From NCBI RefSeq assembly GCF_964194155.1, contig NC_135888.1:118606001-118670000 (forward strand): a stretch of 64,000 nt of DNA. Reading direction: 5' to 3'. The DNA comes from Cetorhinus maximus (lineage: Eukaryota). The first letter of the stretch is position 1. The number at the start of each line of letters is the position of its first letter. The notes below the pieces were generated by a model. It ran no database searches. It had not been told where the DNA came from and saw only the letters and a program-made list of their open reading frames with translations. Positions 62,264 to 64,000 of this stretch are shown here, in pieces. Made by a program: the position numbers and the translations under genes.

Positions 62264-62896
62264 GACTTTACAGCAGCTTCCGATCCTTTGGAGAGTTCTA
62301 GCTCTGTGCAGGAGCAGCCCTTAAATATGGCACCCGGATTACTGAAAGCCTGAGGTGATGGTGGGGCGGGCTAATCAGAGGCCCCCCTGCCAGAGATCCG
62401 GCGTGTCCCCCGGGAGTGCATTATTAATGAAGTGGGATGCACCGGGAGTGGGTCGATATGGCGCGAAAACCTGCCATTGCGGGCGGCGGGTAAAACGCCC
62501 GCTACCGCACCATGCAAATCTGGGATGATTCCGCCCTTCGTTTACAAAAAGGATTATCCTTATTTCCCACAATCTTTCTTCTTTCTTTGGAAACACAATC
62601 ACTATTTCCTCCAAGGCAGAGGCAGATAATTATGAATATGACCCTACTGCTCTGTAAACAGTCATAAGGAGCCACATAGGAACCCTTAATGTTGATATGT
62701 CCTCTTACCTTGCCATTCCTTTCTGAAGTTGAAGCAGCTCTCCACCTCTTTCCTTCCCTTTCCCTCCCTCCCTACACCATATTGAGTTAGGATTACAAAC
62801 TCACTGTGAGGAAATATACCCAGCAGACATATTGATAACATGTTTTAACAAATCTATTAATTTTTATATGAAGTTAGTATTAGAAAGGAGCAATCA

Positions 62897-63133
<237 letters not shown>

Positions 63134-64000
63134 CTAGACAGTGCATTATGCAGTCTCAGCCATGTGAGATACTGGAACCTGAGTTTTTATTTGGTTTTGC
63201 AACACTTACAAAGGAAAGCCTTTCAACCACGGGTACAAGGGAGGTGTACTGCACAGTTCCTTAATGGTTGAGACTCTAAGCCAGAACAAGCTGTTCTTCA
63301 CTGAATATGGAGACACTGTCACCTTAAGATCAAACAAGGAAGACAGGAAAGTAGGGGTGTTGAAAGCCCCCTTTTTATCAAGTAGGCTTTTGTTTAACTT
63401 GTGTAACGCATGAGATTAGCAGCAAATAGTTGAAACCTGAATTGAAAAATTCTGCCATTTACTGCAACAAGACATATAGGCACAAGGAGAGGGGAGTGTG
63501 GGCGGTTGAAATGTGGCTCTTACTGCTTTCTGGGCCTGATCTGGCTGGCAGTGATTTAAAATTTCAGGCAGCAAAAACATCTGTCTCCTAGCCTTCAGGA
63601 TCTACTTTAAAATATGCAGATTAGACTCTCATGGCATCATTTGGGCCTGATCTGCTATCTTAATCTGAGGCTTGAGTGAGGGGTGCATTGGTGGCTTTGC
63701 CATCAGACAAACACTGCATGGATTAGCAGCCAAAGTACTTTTTTTAAAGTAATTTTATTTTAGTTTTCTTGTTAGTGAGGAGGGGCATAAATTTTTCTTT
63801 GGGGCCCCATAAGGGAATTTTGGGCCTGCCCTGTTCCGGGCTCCTCTCCATCTCCCAGAGCACATACTTAATTCTGGGGCTGTAGCCACGGGTGTCCCTC
63901 TGCTGCTCAATTTTAATTGCCGGGAAGTTGCTTCCCACCACTTTCCCAGCCGTTTTGGTTCGGAAGTCAGCAAGTGGCGTGTTAATGAGGCTTGGCCATT

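Larger units (their letters stand above)
54820..62536. mobile_element. PIF/Harbinger transposon (element C), the best preserved copy, with a nested CR1
   Basis: Right end GGGATGATTCCGCCC matches GGCCAGAATCATCCC at 55029-55043 (13/15) and more weakly GGCCAGAATTTAC at 54820. Convergent transposase and Myb genes. Confidence 0.75.

Overview
Vertebrate genomic DNA, most likely from a cartilaginous fish (inferred from the repeat families). The window lies inside a teneurin gene on the minus strand, best matching TENM2. Six coding exons (62911-63096, 38085-38231, 34212-34428, 23954-24073, 21913-22174, 20524-20791) splice in frame with canonical GT-AG sites. They encode EGF6-8, the Cys-rich region and the start of the C-terminal globular region. 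The introns are dense with often nested transposons: CR1, RTE and Penelope-like retroelements, Deu-domain SINEs, an internally deleted Gypsy element, three decayed two-gene PIF/Harbinger transposons (DDE transposase plus Myb/SANT gene) and MITEs. The most notable observations are four. (1) A single-ORF LINE starts with a tRNA-like Pol III (A/B-box) head. (2) Minimal hammerhead-ribozyme motifs sit in fold-back Penelope-type repeats, one of them very young with a perfect 13-bp TSD. (3) The TENM2 EGF7 donor has an in-frame second GT and a read-through stop. (4) A same-strand Harbinger Myb gene offers phase-compatible acceptors and a poly(A) signal just downstream of that donor. Transposon boundaries are approximate unless a TSD or TIR is quoted, and all family assignments are by eye, without database searches.
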